From NCBI GenBank assembly GCA_951406725.2, contig OX597826.1:81592001-81656000 (forward strand): a DNA stretch of 64,000 nt, given 5' to 3'. The notes below the pieces were generated by a model that was given only the letters and a program-made list of their open reading frames with translations, searched no databases and had not been told where the DNA came from. Positions 1 through 16,806 of the stretch are shown in pieces. Source of the DNA: Octopus vulgaris (Eukaryota). The stretch's first letter is position 1. Every line of letters begins with the position of its first letter. Made by a program: the position numbers and the translations under genes.

Positions 1-343
1 AGGCAAAGAAAATTTTAGGAAAATGAAAATAAGGATTAAGTCGAACGTTTTACCGGTGAGTGTGTTAAATTATAAGGCGCAAAAAAATGACTCTCCCCAG
101 ACACAACGAATGTACAGATATATATATATACACACAGATCTATATCTGTATATATATATACACACACACAGATCTATATATACACACACATATATACATA
201 TATACACAGATACATACATATAAATATATATATATATTTATAGAGAGAGAGAGATATTTATATATACACACTTATATATATAATTTTTTTCGTAATGAGA
301 TGAAAAATCAAGGGTGTGTAGATTTTAGAACATTTATAAATAG

Positions 344-391
344 GTCTTACAGCTGTTTCTAGGATATTTATCATATCCTTTCATCGGAGAC
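344..391 (-). ncRNA. Type I hammerhead ribozyme-like motif (U4C core variant)
   Basis: Minus strand reads GUCU-CCGAUGA-A-AGGAUAU(gauaa)AUAUCCU-A-GAAA-CAGCUG-UA/AGAC. Stem I is 4 bp, stem II is 7 bp, and stem III is the palindrome ACAGCUGU. Confidence 0.7.
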
Positions 392-768
392 GGTGTGAGA
401 AGGTTATAAAAAAAGGAAAAAAAGAGGAAAGAACGAGAAGAGAAGAATAAAGAAAAGAAAAACAGAAAAGAAATAAAATCGGGGCAAAGAAAATTTTAGG
501 AAAATAAAAAGAAATAAGTCGAAAGTTTTACCGGTGAGTGTGTTAAATTATAAGGCACAAAAAGAAATGACTCTCCCAAGACACTGCAGAATATATATAT
601 ATATATACGCGCACATACAGATATATATATATATATAAACGTATACATACATACAAATATATATCAATTTATATATACATGCATATATATATAAATATAT
701 ATATACATACAGATATATATATATAAACATACAGAGATATATAGAAATATATATGTACATGCATACAG

Positions 769-820
<52 letters not shown>

Positions 821-877
821 TTTCGTAAGGAGATAAAACAATCAAGGCTGTGTAGATTTTAGAACATTTATAAATAG

Positions 878-924
878 TTCTTACGGCTGTTTCTAGGATA
901 TTTTTTTATTCCTTCATCGGAGAA
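878..924 (-). ncRNA. Hammerhead-like motif, copy 2
   Basis: UUCU-CCGAUGA-AGGAAUA..UAUCCU-A-GAAA-CAGCCG-UA/AGAA. Stem I shows a compensatory change relative to copy 1 (GUCU/AGAC to UUCU/AGAA). Confidence 0.6.
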
Positions 925-1118
925 GTTGTGAGATTTTAAAAAATATAAAAAATAAAAATGAAAAAGAGAAAAGAAAGAGAAAAGAGGAATAAAGAAGAGA
1001 AAGAGAAAAAAGAAAGAAAACAGAGGCATGAAAATAAAGAATAAGTCGAAATTTTACTGGTGAGTGTGTTAAATTATAAGGCACAAAAAGAAAATGACAC
1101 TCCCCAGACACCGCAGAA

Positions 1119-1160
<42 letters not shown>

Positions 1161-2010
1161 TACAGATATATATATATACATGCAGATATAAATATATATA
1201 TATAAACGTATACATACAGATATATATCAATTTATACATACATACAGATATATATAAATATATATATATACATGCATATATATATAAATATATATATATA
1301 CGTGCATATATATATAAATATATATATATACGTGCATATATATATAAATATATATATATACGTGCATATATATATAAATATATATATATACATGCATATA
1401 TATATAAATATATATATATACATGCATATATATATAAATATATATATATACATGCATATATATATAATTATATATATATACATGCATATATATATAAATA
1501 TATATATACATGCATATATATATAAAATATATATATATACATGCATATATATATAATTATATATATATACATACATATATATATAAAATATATATATACA
1601 TACATATATATATATAAATATATATATATACATACATATATATATAAATATATATATATACATACATATATATATATAATATATATATATATACATATAT
1701 ATATAAATATATATATATACATATTTATATAAATATATATACATATATATATACATATTTATATAAATATATATACATATATATATAAATATATATACAT
1801 ATATATATAATATATATATATATACATATATATATAAATATATATATATACATATATATATAAATATATATATATATACACATATATATAAATATATATA
1901 TATACATATATATATAAATATATATATATACACATATATATATATATATATATATATAATAAATATATAAATATATATATATACATATATATATAAATAT
2001 ATATATATAC

Positions 2011-2072
<62 letters not shown>

Positions 2073-2119
2073 CATATATATATATACATATATATAAATA
2101 TACATATATATAAATATAC

Positions 2120-2188
<69 letters not shown>

Positions 2189-2391
2189 AATATACATATA
2201 TATTTATATATACATATAAATATACATATATATATAAATATACATATAAATATACATATATATATAAATATACATATATATACATATATATATATATATA
2301 CATATATATACACATATATATATATATATACATATATATACATATATATATATACATATATATATACATATATATATACATACATATATAT

Positions 2392-2480
<89 letters not shown>

Positions 2481-2577
2481 CATATATATACATATACATA
2501 TATATACATATACATATATATACATATACATATATATATATATACATATATATACATATACATATATATACATATAC

Positions 2578-2626
<49 letters not shown>

Positions 2627-2775
2627 TATACATATCTATACATATACATATATATATACATATATATACATATATATATATATATACACATACTGCTATA
2701 TACATATATATATAATTTTTTCGTAATGAGATAAAAAAACCAAGGCTGTATAGATTTTAGAACATTTAAAAATAG

Positions 2776-2823
2776 GTCTTACGGCTGTTTCTAGGATATT
2801 TAATATATCCCTTCAGCGGAGAA
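2776..2823 (-). ncRNA. Hammerhead-like motif, copy 3 (degenerate)
   Basis: UUCU-CCGCUGA-AGGGAUAU..AUAUCCU-A-GAAACAGCCGUA/AGAC. Core A6 is mutated and there is one stem I mismatch. Confidence 0.4.
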
Positions 2824-3065
2824 GGTGTGAGATTTTTAAAAATATGAGAAAATAAAAATGAAAAAGAGGAATAATGAAGAGAAAGAGAGAAAAAAAAGAA
2901 AACAGAGACAAAGAAAATTTTAGGGAAATGAAAATAAGAAATAAGTCGAAAGTTTTACCGGTGAGTTTGTTAAATTATAAGGCGCAAAAAAATGATACTC
3001 CCCAGACACAACGAATGTGCAGAAATATATATAAATATATATATGACTCTCCCCAGACACAGGAG

Positions 3066-7289
<4,224 letters not shown>

Positions 7290-8510
7290 CTTTGATACTT
7301 TGATAGGTTTCGGCCATTATTGCCCCAGGCCATGTCTAACTTAATAGCACCATCTGGTGAAGTCTTTCAAGTCAGAATTTGGGCACTATGGCCCACTCAA
7401 GTAGAGAGTTATTGTTTACAGAGACATATCCGGGTGTAGGGGGTTTATCCGGGATTTCTTGAAGGAATCTGTCCAAAGACTTCTTGAACCCTATAGGGTC
7501 AGTTTCTGTCTTAATGTGTTTTGGTGTAATGTTAAAGAGAGCGGGGCCAATTGAGGTGAAATAATTGTGCCGTATTGTTGTTATGAGATGAGAGTGCGAT
7601 TTTTGTTTTGGGCGGATGGCACGGGGCCCAAGCCTTGGATGTACCTTAAAGGTGATGCCAACATCATTTGGGCAATGCTGATGGAATATTTTCCACATCA
7701 TGCAGATGATGTAGCGCTCACGACGACGTTGGAGAGAATAGAGTTTTAGCTTTTCTAGTCGACCCCAATAGTCGAGGCCTGTCATGCCATCTATCTTTTT
7801 TGTGATTGCCCTTTGAGGTGCTTCGACTTTTATGATACCTTGTATTGTGTGGGGAGACCACAGTGGACAACAGTATTCAAGGTGGGGTCAGGCAAAAGTG
7901 GAGAAGAGAAGGATAATGGTGTGGATATCTCTCGACTGGAAAGTTCTGAGAATCCAGGAACACATTCTGCGGGCCATGTCAACTTTGGTGTTTATATGAG
8001 TGGCCCAGCTTACGTTGTTGTCCACAATTACTCCCAAGTCTCTGATGTTGTTGGACGCCGCGAGAGTTTCACCTGAAGGAAGGGAGTATGGGAGTTTCAG
8101 GGCATCCTCTTTTCCAAAGTGGATTAGCTCAAATTTATCCTCGTTCAGCAGCATATTGTTTTTTTCTGCCCATTGGATAACAGCCAGTAGATCTGACTGA
8201 AGGCATGTCCGGTCACTCGCCTCATTTATGACCTTCTGTAGCTTGGAGTCATCTGCAAAGATTTTTATGTTGCTGTGCTTGATGATGTCATTAATGTAAA
8301 TGATGAAAAGAAGTGGGCCCAGCACAGTGCCTTGCGGAACGCCACTACTGACTTTGGCTGGGCTTGATTTTACCCCTTCAACTACAACATGTTGAGATCT
8401 GTCTGTCAGGAAACACTTAATCCATTTCAGTAACTTTCCAGAGACACCAATGTTGGATAGTTTTTTCAATAGGATCTTGTGATCGACCCTGTCGAAGGCC
8501 TTACTGAAAT
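7290..8510 (-). mobile_element. CR1/L2-group LINE, 3' part (RT C-terminus + 3' UTR), one in-frame stop
   Basis: One reading frame: FSKAFDRVDH..GVPQGTVLGPLLFIIYIND..FADDSK..DLGV..FA*PHLEYCCPLWSP..LYSLQRRRERY. The TGA at 7888 is probably a CGA decay. The 3' UTR has a hairpin and an (ATCAAAGT)2 tail running into (TA)n. Cut off by the assembly gap. Confidence 0.9.
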
Positions 8511-8610
8511 NNNNNNNNNNNNNNNNNNNNNNNNNNNNNNNNNNNNNNNNNNNNNNNNNNNNNNNNNNNNNNNNNNNNNNNNNNNNNNNNNNNNNNNNNN
8601 NNNNNNNNNN
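8511..8610. other. Assembly gap (100 N)
   Basis: Run of N. Confidence 1.
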
Positions 8611-9012
8611 GAATTTGTTGGTGAGATCCAGACCACGATTGACAACGATCTCTCCAAGACATCGCCTGGGACATGGGAGTGTCTGAGTTTCTTATCAAGC
8701 AGGTAGCACATGAAGACATTCGGTATTCCTCATACATGATGAAAAAGGGGTCAATTTTTATCCCAAACCACCAAGGACAAGAGGAAAGACCGAGCTACGC
8801 AGCTTTTGAACAAACTCAAGCATCCCCTCCAACCGAACATGCTGTGGTTTTCCTCAGATGAGAAAAATTTCTGCAAGGATCAAATGGTGAACACAGAGAA
8901 CAACTGTTGGCTGGCCGTGTCCCCAAAACATGTACCAAGAGTAATAAAAATCAAACATCTAGTCAACATCATGGTGTTTGGAGTGATCATTCACCTTCCT
9001 ACACGGCCTTAG
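8611..9012 (+). mobile_element. Tc1/mariner-superfamily transposase fragment (frameshifted)
   Basis: MGVSEFLIKQVAHEDIRY.. followed by LNKLKHP..WFSSDEKNF..NxxNNCWLA..IMVFGVI (first catalytic D region). Confidence 0.75.
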
Positions 9013-10331
9013 ACTTAACATGCGCAGAGAACTGCCAACAGAAAGTTTTCCTGCTAGATCGGTCTTTTTGTAGCTGCAGCCTTTTTTAATCGAGTGGACA
9101 CGACTCAACCTTCTCTCAAGGGAAAACCCAACACGTAGAGAAGCCCCCTTCTACGCGGGAACGGAGACAACATTTTGGCTCACACAAGTTAACTATTGTG
9201 GATAGTTTTATGGACTTGGCTACCGGTTCGCCCCGAAGAAAATATATGTGTATATATTTTATTTGCGAATCCAGGGAAATTTTTCTGTTTTATCTAACAG
9301 GTTGAAAGACCACATATAGTTTCCCTTGCTGTCTCGAATAATTGTATGTGTAACTGTAGCATTATAACGAATATGAGAGTGATTATAAGCTATGTTTATT
9401 GCTTACTAAGTGAAAATAGAACGATGTTAATAGAATCATATCTATAAGAAATTTTGGTGAAAGACATGATAGAAGAGTAAATATAATTTGTCTGGCAAAA
9501 TTCATACATAAAAGATTGCACTGAAAAATATACCGCATTGAGTAAGAAATCCAATGTTTGGGAGTATTGTCCTACTCCGGAGAAAAAAATCTGCAGGCAA
9601 ATATGGCGGTCATATTTGTCTGCATTTGAAGACGCTACGTGAGATGTCACGATAAAGAAATCTTGTCGAAATTTGTGGTGTTTCTTTCCTTATCATGACT
9701 AAAGTTGTTTTTAGAGTTTTCTGGGTTTTTTAAAATCATAATCCTTTAAAATTTAATTTCTGTTTCTATAGTTTATGTAATATAACACAGCTCTATATGT
9801 GTGTGTTAATTCTGTCCCCTTAATACACATTTTTTCATTTTGTGATAACGTACACAAATACAATTTTATCCAGTTCTACTCTGTGTTAGTGATTCCCATT
9901 AACTTTTTCCTCTTTGTGCATCGTTTGCCGTATTGTTTAATGACTTAGAGAAAGAAGCGTAGGACCAAAGATCCTTCACAAAGCCCCAGAGTCTGGTGGA
10001 AAGGAAGTGGGAAAGTTAATCTTACGCTGGTGACATCTCTCGGGGACTGTCTTTAAAATGAAAGAATAATTTAAATATAGTTCTAAATGAATGTTTAGTA
10101 AACGTCTTTCAGAGAATGCTATTTATCACGGTAACGAACGGTAGATTTTGGAAGTAAATCAAGATTTTAACGATTAATGATTAATCTTCCACAGAATTAA
10201 TGACTTGCACAGTCATTTAAAACATAAGTTAAATTGCTTTATTGTAATTTGAAACTAAGGATAATAAATATTTGCTTATTGCCTCGTTATATCGCAAATG
10301 GGCCTCGCTTGTTAACTTCCAAATATGTATG

Positions 10332-10365
<34 letters not shown>

Positions 10366-10432
10366 TGTATGTATGTATGTATGTATGTATGTATGCATGC
10401 ATGCATGTATTTATGATATATACATGTACGTG

Positions 10433-10478
<46 letters not shown>

Positions 10479-11199
10479 CTATATGTATGTGTCCATGTCA
10501 TTCTACTAAAACTGAATTAACCATTAGTTCTAACACGAAACTGCATCTAATTTTGACTTCCTCTGTTAATAGTGGAAGGAAAAATCAAATAATATATATA
10601 CACACATTCACACACAAATAAATGAATAATAATAATAATAGTAATAATAATGATCAAAACCGAAATTCATAAAACTTTATCGGAAAACCTACACTTGAGT
10701 TTAGTTTTGAAGTCTGTGTCATCAGGTGCATATATAATTGCCAGTTGTTGGGAAGGGAGTCACAATAGGAATGACGACATGTCAGCCACTCATAAAGTCA
10801 GTCGTAGAGGGTTCAGTTCAACTGAACGTCGGGAAACTAAATGAGGTGAAGGGTCACATAATATTTTATTACCCGAAACACAAATAAATTTGAGAGATTA
10901 AACCATATTTGTTATCTTTTTTCTTTAAATGGTTTAGTTTGAAAAAAAAGGCGGGGTTTAACGACACTCAAAAGAGAGATGAATAGCAGAGGGCCTTCAG
11001 AGAAGGGGCTGCTCCTCCCATGAAAATATTTCTAAGGGGCTGGGTTGCATCCAGTCATGATTCCTAGACACTCCTCTGCTTTCAGACCTTATGCCACTGT
11101 TTTAGACTGAAAACATTCAAGGTGATTGGGTGCCTCAAAGCCAAGTTGTATTAGCGGTCAACACTTCGCTACCAGAGAACGAGCTGTAAGTAGGCCAAG

Positions 11200-12110
11200 T
11201 TATCCCATCTTATGTTCGCTTCTATCTCAATCGAATCCAATTGGAAATCTTTTCGCTTACTTATATCTTTGCCTTTAGAGCTCTGCTACTCTTACCAGAA
11301 AATGAAATCCGTTTGATGAGATCGTATGCAGGTTCGCCCGCAAGTCCCCTTCTTCTTATCCTTATGGTGAAGACTTTGGCTTGTAAGTCTGATTGGTTTA
11401 ATTGGTATACTTCACAGTGTTAGGTATGTGCGCTTCTTTCGTCCTACTTTCACATGGCGCACTGAGTTCAGTCAAAAACACTTGTTTTTTCTGAAAATGC
11501 GATCTCGTACTACTCTTGCTGATTTCTGGATAATTTTTCCATTCTAGAGGTTTGCCGTGCACTTCCAGTAAGCTATTCCATCCAGCAGACAACTCTTCTA
11601 AGATAGGATTGGCACAGCTGTTCCAGCTCAAAATTTTCTGTCATCTGCCGTGAAGAGCATCGTTGGAGTTTCTGGTATCGTTGTTTCTTTCCTTCTCACA
11701 ATACAGATCACAAATACGATCTCTTTATGCCTTTGATTGTGCCTCCAAGTGGACGCACCATTTTATACAGGCTCAAGGCACGGTTTTCCCGTTATTTGTG
11801 TTGGTAGAAAGGACACCACTTCTTCACAAAGTTCGTATACGAGGACAAGAAGTCATACAGACCCTGAGAATAATGTGGATTCTTAGAAGAGCCAGGCATC
11901 GCGCATACTTTCAGCTAAAGACTTCTTTCCCATATCGACAAGTATCCTTGTTACTCCTGCTGGACTGCCTTTTGCATTATTTTGGCATTCACTTCCCTCT
12001 TAACTTTCTGCATTATCTCGTCTATTTTTTTCCTTTTGCTTTTGGCTAGGTTTGCGTGATTAAGGAGAACTGGAGCCAAACAAGAAAAGACTATCCAAGA
12101 CCTTATTTTC
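11200..12110 (-). mobile_element. Decayed RLE-type non-LTR retrotransposon C-terminus (HERO-like)
   Basis: KAVQQE*QG..WE, LYDFLSS, TWRHNQ, EWKNYPEI, KQVFLTELSAPCESRTKEAH..KY, RGLAG..AYDL. These match the RLE C-terminal motif order, with stops and frameshifts. Confidence 0.65.
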
Positions 12111-13449
12111 TCCTGTTTTCGGTATTTAAACAAATAACTTTTTGTACACAGTTGTTGATAATGTAAATCTGTTTAATTTGTTTTTAAATGGTAATAAAGT
12201 AGAAGTTCAGAAATTTGGGTTTGTTGTTGGAATAAATCGATTCCAGTACTTGAGTAGCCTTTTAGTTTATCCATCGTGGAAGAATGAAAGGTAAAGCCGA
12301 TCTCAGCAGGAGTTCAACAAAAAACTAAAGAATATCGCAAGGCATTTTGTTCGACAACCTTATAAATCTGCCGTTAACACATTGCCAACGTTATTCTACT
12401 ATAACCTAGATTAAACGTTGATTAAAGAGTAAACCTAGATTAAAACTGAGGTTAGGTAAGGTTTGGCGAACACTTAATGGTTCAAACCGTTTGGAATAGT
12501 TTGTTTCCTGCCTGGTCGTGGGGCTGGTTGTCTTGATAAAGATGCAGAGATTTACGTGTGACAGTTCTTTCATCTCCCACCGCACGACCCCATCGACAGC
12601 TCCCACTTCCATTTGCTTTTGTCCCTGTTCCCCTGAACATAGTAACACCACCCGCGAGTCATATAAACAGAACTGGGTTGATAATTTATGAGAAAATTTG
12701 GGAAAAAACAGCCTTGTCAGAAAATAATAAAATAAAGAAAAATGGAAAAGGAGTAAAAATAATAATTCAGTAAAATGATAAATAGCCAGAATGGTTGCTG
12801 TCCAAGTTTATCGGCCCACGCGCGCGCGCGCGCACACACACACACACGATCTTGACTTTTATTGACTAAAAATGAGTTTGAATATACTCCATATGAAGGT
12901 TCATGCAAAAAGGCTATTATTCAATTTATTATTTTTTTACCATTCAACCCTCAAAAGAAAAAGGAAATGTATATATATATATATATAAAGAATAGCGCAA
13001 AAATGAAAAGGAAAATATGAAAAGACTGTCGTTCGATATAATTCTTCACTTTCATGTAGAACAATATCTTAGACTTGGTTAATCCTGTCAAAGCGGAATT
13101 GATTAGTGCTTTCTATTGTATATCTATTTTAAAAGACTTCCGACAGATGATTGACCAGACCAATTATATCAGCCAAATCTTTTACACATTACTGAACTCA
13201 GTGCACTTTGCTCCACTTCTCATGTTTCATCATTATTCTCAACTCATTATTCACAACTCATTATTCTCAACTCTCAGAATGAGATGCCAAAGACCAAGCC
13301 TCTGTGAGATGGTTCAGCTTGGTAGAGATGGCTGTTAAATTTCAGAATAAACCCTTCTTTGAAAAGGATACAATTTGGAATGTGGTTCTGGGTTCTCGGC
13401 AGATAGGAGAAATATGGGGTAATGAAGGTTAACAGAACAAAGCATCTGT

Positions 13450-13784
13450 CTTTACGCGGTCATTCGAGTGGCCAGAGATATTAGCCAAGTCTTCGGCAAA
13501 ATACGGTTTTTGAATAGGACATGTTGAATAACATGGTCCAGAGTTGGCTGTCCATGGATTTGGAGCTGGCCTCGGGCTATAATTTCAGTAGCAGCAACAA
13601 CAAAAATTAACAGTACGGAGAGACAAACAGGGAGCCACCTCCACCCCTGAGAAGATGAGTCTGTCCAGTTGCATCTCCCAGTGTGAGACTGGAAGCAAAA
13701 TAGGGAGAGGATCCCCCGCTGTTGTTTTAGTCTTAGAAACCTTGTCATTTTCTCTTCGTGGTCTCTACGTGGTCACTCGATCTG
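13450..13784 (-). pseudogene. Possible decayed stalk/transmembrane exon of the CUB gene
   Basis: Acceptor ttctatttctag. Phase-1 frame DRVTT*RPRR..TKTTAGDP..LIFSGVEVA, then hydrophobic LSVLLIFVVAA / CCCY across a frameshift. Inference only. Confidence 0.3.
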
Positions 13785-14300
13785 CTAGAAATAGAAGACA
13801 AATCCTTCTACAATCACACATCATGAAGGAAATAGTGGATTTTGTAGTCTGAAATGTTTTTGAGTAAAAGTTTGCTCAACTCTTGCTGAACCGAAAACTA
13901 AACAGGGATCATCTGCCCTATCAAAATAACAGCCAAATCTCTCTCACAATATACTCTACCATCATGTTTAAGGTAGGACATACCTGAGAATATAAACCCA
14001 CCAGTAGAGGATTAAGATTCGGTGAAATTATAGATATATAAAACAAAAGGTGAGGATTCAAGTGAAACAGGCCCTTAAATGGTAAGGCACTGGGTCAGGT
14101 CAAAATTAAAATGCTTGCACAACTAAGACTGACGAATACATATGCGGGTAGCGAAGTAGAGGCAGAAAGGTATTCAGGTTATGTATACGATTAATTCAAC
14201 CCGACTGAGTATATCACTGGCCCTTGCGCTAATCAAGAAACACATACCATATTAAATATATGGTTCCGAGAAGTGTGAATTATAAATAAATAACAATAGG

Positions 14301-14644
14301 TAGATAATGTGTCAATTCACTACAGATGTTTCCAACGAATTTTTAATTGATTAAGGGAAACATTAAGTCATTAGAAAAAAATGTTTTTATCAGCTGAATA
14401 CATGAGCCACACAATTTGGAAACGTTCAAAAACCAACGGCACATGTACCTTCATGATTCTAAACAAGCCTTGCTGGTCATAGAAAAAAAGGCTTGTAGAA
14501 TGATGCCGTTGGTTTTTGAATGTTTCTAAATGTTGTGGTTCATGTATTTAGCTGATGAAAACGGTTTTTTCTAATGATGTAATCCTTCCATTAATCGATT
14601 AAAAATTTGTTGGAAACAGGTGTAGTAAATTGACACATTATCTA
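14301..14644. repeat. Fold-back element (about 140 bp inverted arms) carrying hammerhead-like motifs
   Basis: Arms 14301-14441 and 14504-14644 are reverse complements, with an inner hairpin at about 14456-14501. Confidence 0.9.
14546..14630 (+). ncRNA. Hammerhead-like motif with long stem II (mirror copy 14315-14399 on minus)
   Basis: AUUUAG-CUGAUGA-aacgguuuuu...aaaaauuuguug-GAAA-CAGGUG-UA/GUAAAU. Stem I covaries between the arms (AUUUA/UAAAU vs AUUCA/UGAAU). Confidence 0.5.
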
Positions 14645-14975
14645 TGTGTTGTTTTATATATGTACGTACGTACATACATACATACATACATGAAACACGC
14701 AATGAGTCGAAACAGGGGCGGCTGAAGAAGGGCAATGTTCCTTGTGTTGTGTCTTGTACTGTTTTTTTTGTTGTTTGAAAAAGTCCGTTTCCATGTTTTT
14801 GTTTTTATGTTTTCGTTTCTCATTGTGTTCTACGTTTTTTTGGTGTCCTGTACCCATATATGCGTGTATATATACATATAGATGTAGGTACGTACATATA
14901 TGTATGTATGCATGTGTTTTATTTATTAATTTGTTATTATATGATCGAACGTCACGCATCCACTTCCAAGTAAGT

Positions 14976-15007
<32 letters not shown>

Positions 15008-15199
15008 CTCACACACTCACACACATACATACATACACACACACACATACATATATATATCTGAAATAGAAGCGACTTCATAATGTAAACAAACACTGCC
15101 ACACCCTTAATGCACGTGTGTGGTTTATCGTCCGGAAAAAAAAATCCCTTTAAAGACATATATTTTTACAATAACAGAATATACTTCAGAGGCAGGCAA

Positions 15200-15670
15200 A
15201 ACAAAATCGACCCAGAAGTACACAGGTGGTAGATATTCGTGTCGTTGTGATTGCAGCTTATCAATAAAATAAATTCTAACTTTACGTTTCTGTGAGTGTG
15301 CATCTGTGTGTGTGTGGCCTTGCCTACTATATATGCACTCAGTCAACAATGCTCTCCACACACATTGCGAAATTAAAACACTATGCTTTTGACATTACAT
15401 CCTAACAATAGACTGGTTGATATTTTCTTTGGCGTCAATTCATGTCAAGTTAAAAAGCTGCAGGCAGCTCTTATTGATAAAGAATGGTAAATCAAAAACT
15501 GACCCTCGTGTATAGTAATAAATAGTAATAACTCATCCCCTACTGGGATTTATTTCTAATGTAAGGAACTAATAATCTGACGACTCCCTGCCCGAAGAAT
15601 GCATATATTGAATCTGTTTTGCATGCAAAATCAATGGATCCGATTGGTTGCTGGCTTAAGTATGCATTCC
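15200..15670 (-). pseudogene. Two decayed CUB-domain exons
   Basis: Fragments GQGVVRL / FLTLEINPSRG / ITIHEG|gt (donor after 15504), a 102-bp intron, then ag|GCNVKSIVF*FRNVCGEH..SQKRKVRIYF (from 15401). Phases match the intact CUB exons, but stops and frameshifts are present. Confidence 0.5.
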
Positions 15671-15797
15671 TACTGATTTGAAATTTCTTGAATAAAACAT
15701 TTTATATATTTTTATTCTTTCACTGAATTGTCATGTATTGCTAAATTTTTGGCAGCATATCAACTAAAACTTATTCAGTGGTGTATTACCTGAATGT

Positions 15798-15873
<76 letters not shown>

Positions 15874-15984
15874 ACATAAACATTAGTTTTTAAAGAAATT
15901 TTTGCAATTAGTTTTCAAGTAAATGGTTCCCATAAAAGTTGCTTTAGTTAACAAAAAAAGAGTCAAAGCAGAAATGTGACTCAC

Positions 15985-16075
15985 CTCTGATAAGGCTGAG
16001 GGAAATTTGGTGGATGAATGTAACCGATTGCTGACGACATAGCAACTAATCGATCTTGGCTCGGTGAATTCGTAT
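15985..16075 (-). CDS. CUB-domain gene exon (CUB N-terminal part)
   Basis: tttttcag| (N)TNSPSQDRLVAMSSAIGYIHPPNFPQPYQ(R) |gtgagt. 91 bp, phase 1 to 2, frame-compatible with the 20516 exon. Confidence 0.7.
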
Positions 16076-16449
16076 CTGAAAAATCAATATTAATTTTCAG
16101 TTGTTGGAGTGAGTTGCAGAAAGAAATATATTGAATACTTTTTAAGTTATAAAGAGAAAAATATCTTTTTTTTTGCCCCACAAACTAAATTTAAGAAAGT
16201 TTCCTCTTTAAAGAATATCTTTTAATGATAATATTTTTTAGGAATAAGAAGTGAATAAAAGAGGCAGTGCATTGAGTGTGTGTATGTGTGAGTATGTGCG
16301 TGTGTGTGTTTGTGCACGTGTGTGCATATATATATATTTTGTGTATGTATGTAAGCATAAATACGTGTATTGCCTCCAAACACAAGCAGTTATAATGGCT
16401 AACTAGAATAATTTAGCTCTTTCCCATTCATACACATAAAACTAATTTC

Positions 16450-16806
16450 TCTCTTTGGTCAATCTTATTATAACAATTTCTTCACATTATGCAGAGTCAA
16501 AAGAAACAAGTATCCGAACTTTGAGTTGAAGAGGTCATATAAATCAATGGCGCTCGTGACATTTATCAACCAATATTTTGTCAAATGTTGAGCGTACGCA
16601 GATTAACATTCTTATTTGTTTTTATTGCTGAACATAATTCTTCTACTTTTCTCGGTAGTTTAGTGTTATAATACAGTCATATAGTGCAGAGGAACACCCC
16701 GTAAAGCAGTAATATAGTTTTACAACTAGCAATCGCAAAGTACAAATCATCTTTGCTGGCTTTGGTGCAATAACTGCACAAAACACTCCATCACTGTCAT
16801 TATATT
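16450..16806 (-). pseudogene. Possible decayed CUB exon pair
   Basis: YNDSDGVFCAVIAP..LYD followed by gt, with a defective acceptor (tgcaat). Then KIL..C / YMTSS / KVRILVSFDS. The order matches CUB middle and C-terminal exons. Confidence 0.3.

Larger units (their letters stand above)
1..3065 (-). repeat. Head-to-tail composite repeat array (4 units): conserved block A + variable (TA)-rich microsatellite + conserved hammerhead-containing block B + purine tract
   Basis: Block A (gaaaattttagg...aagtcgaa..tttaccggtgagtgtgttaaattataaggc..atgactctccccagacac) recurs at about 1, 481, 1023 and 2905. Block B (taatttttttcgtaa...tagattttagaacatttataaatag..cttac.gctgtttctaggatat...ttcatcggaga) recurs at about 281, 814 and 2711. 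Confidence 0.9.

Noticed and set aside
1-3065. Repeat-spacer pattern as a CRISPR array
   Set aside because: Eukaryotic context, repeats over 100 bp, microsatellite spacers and no cas genes.
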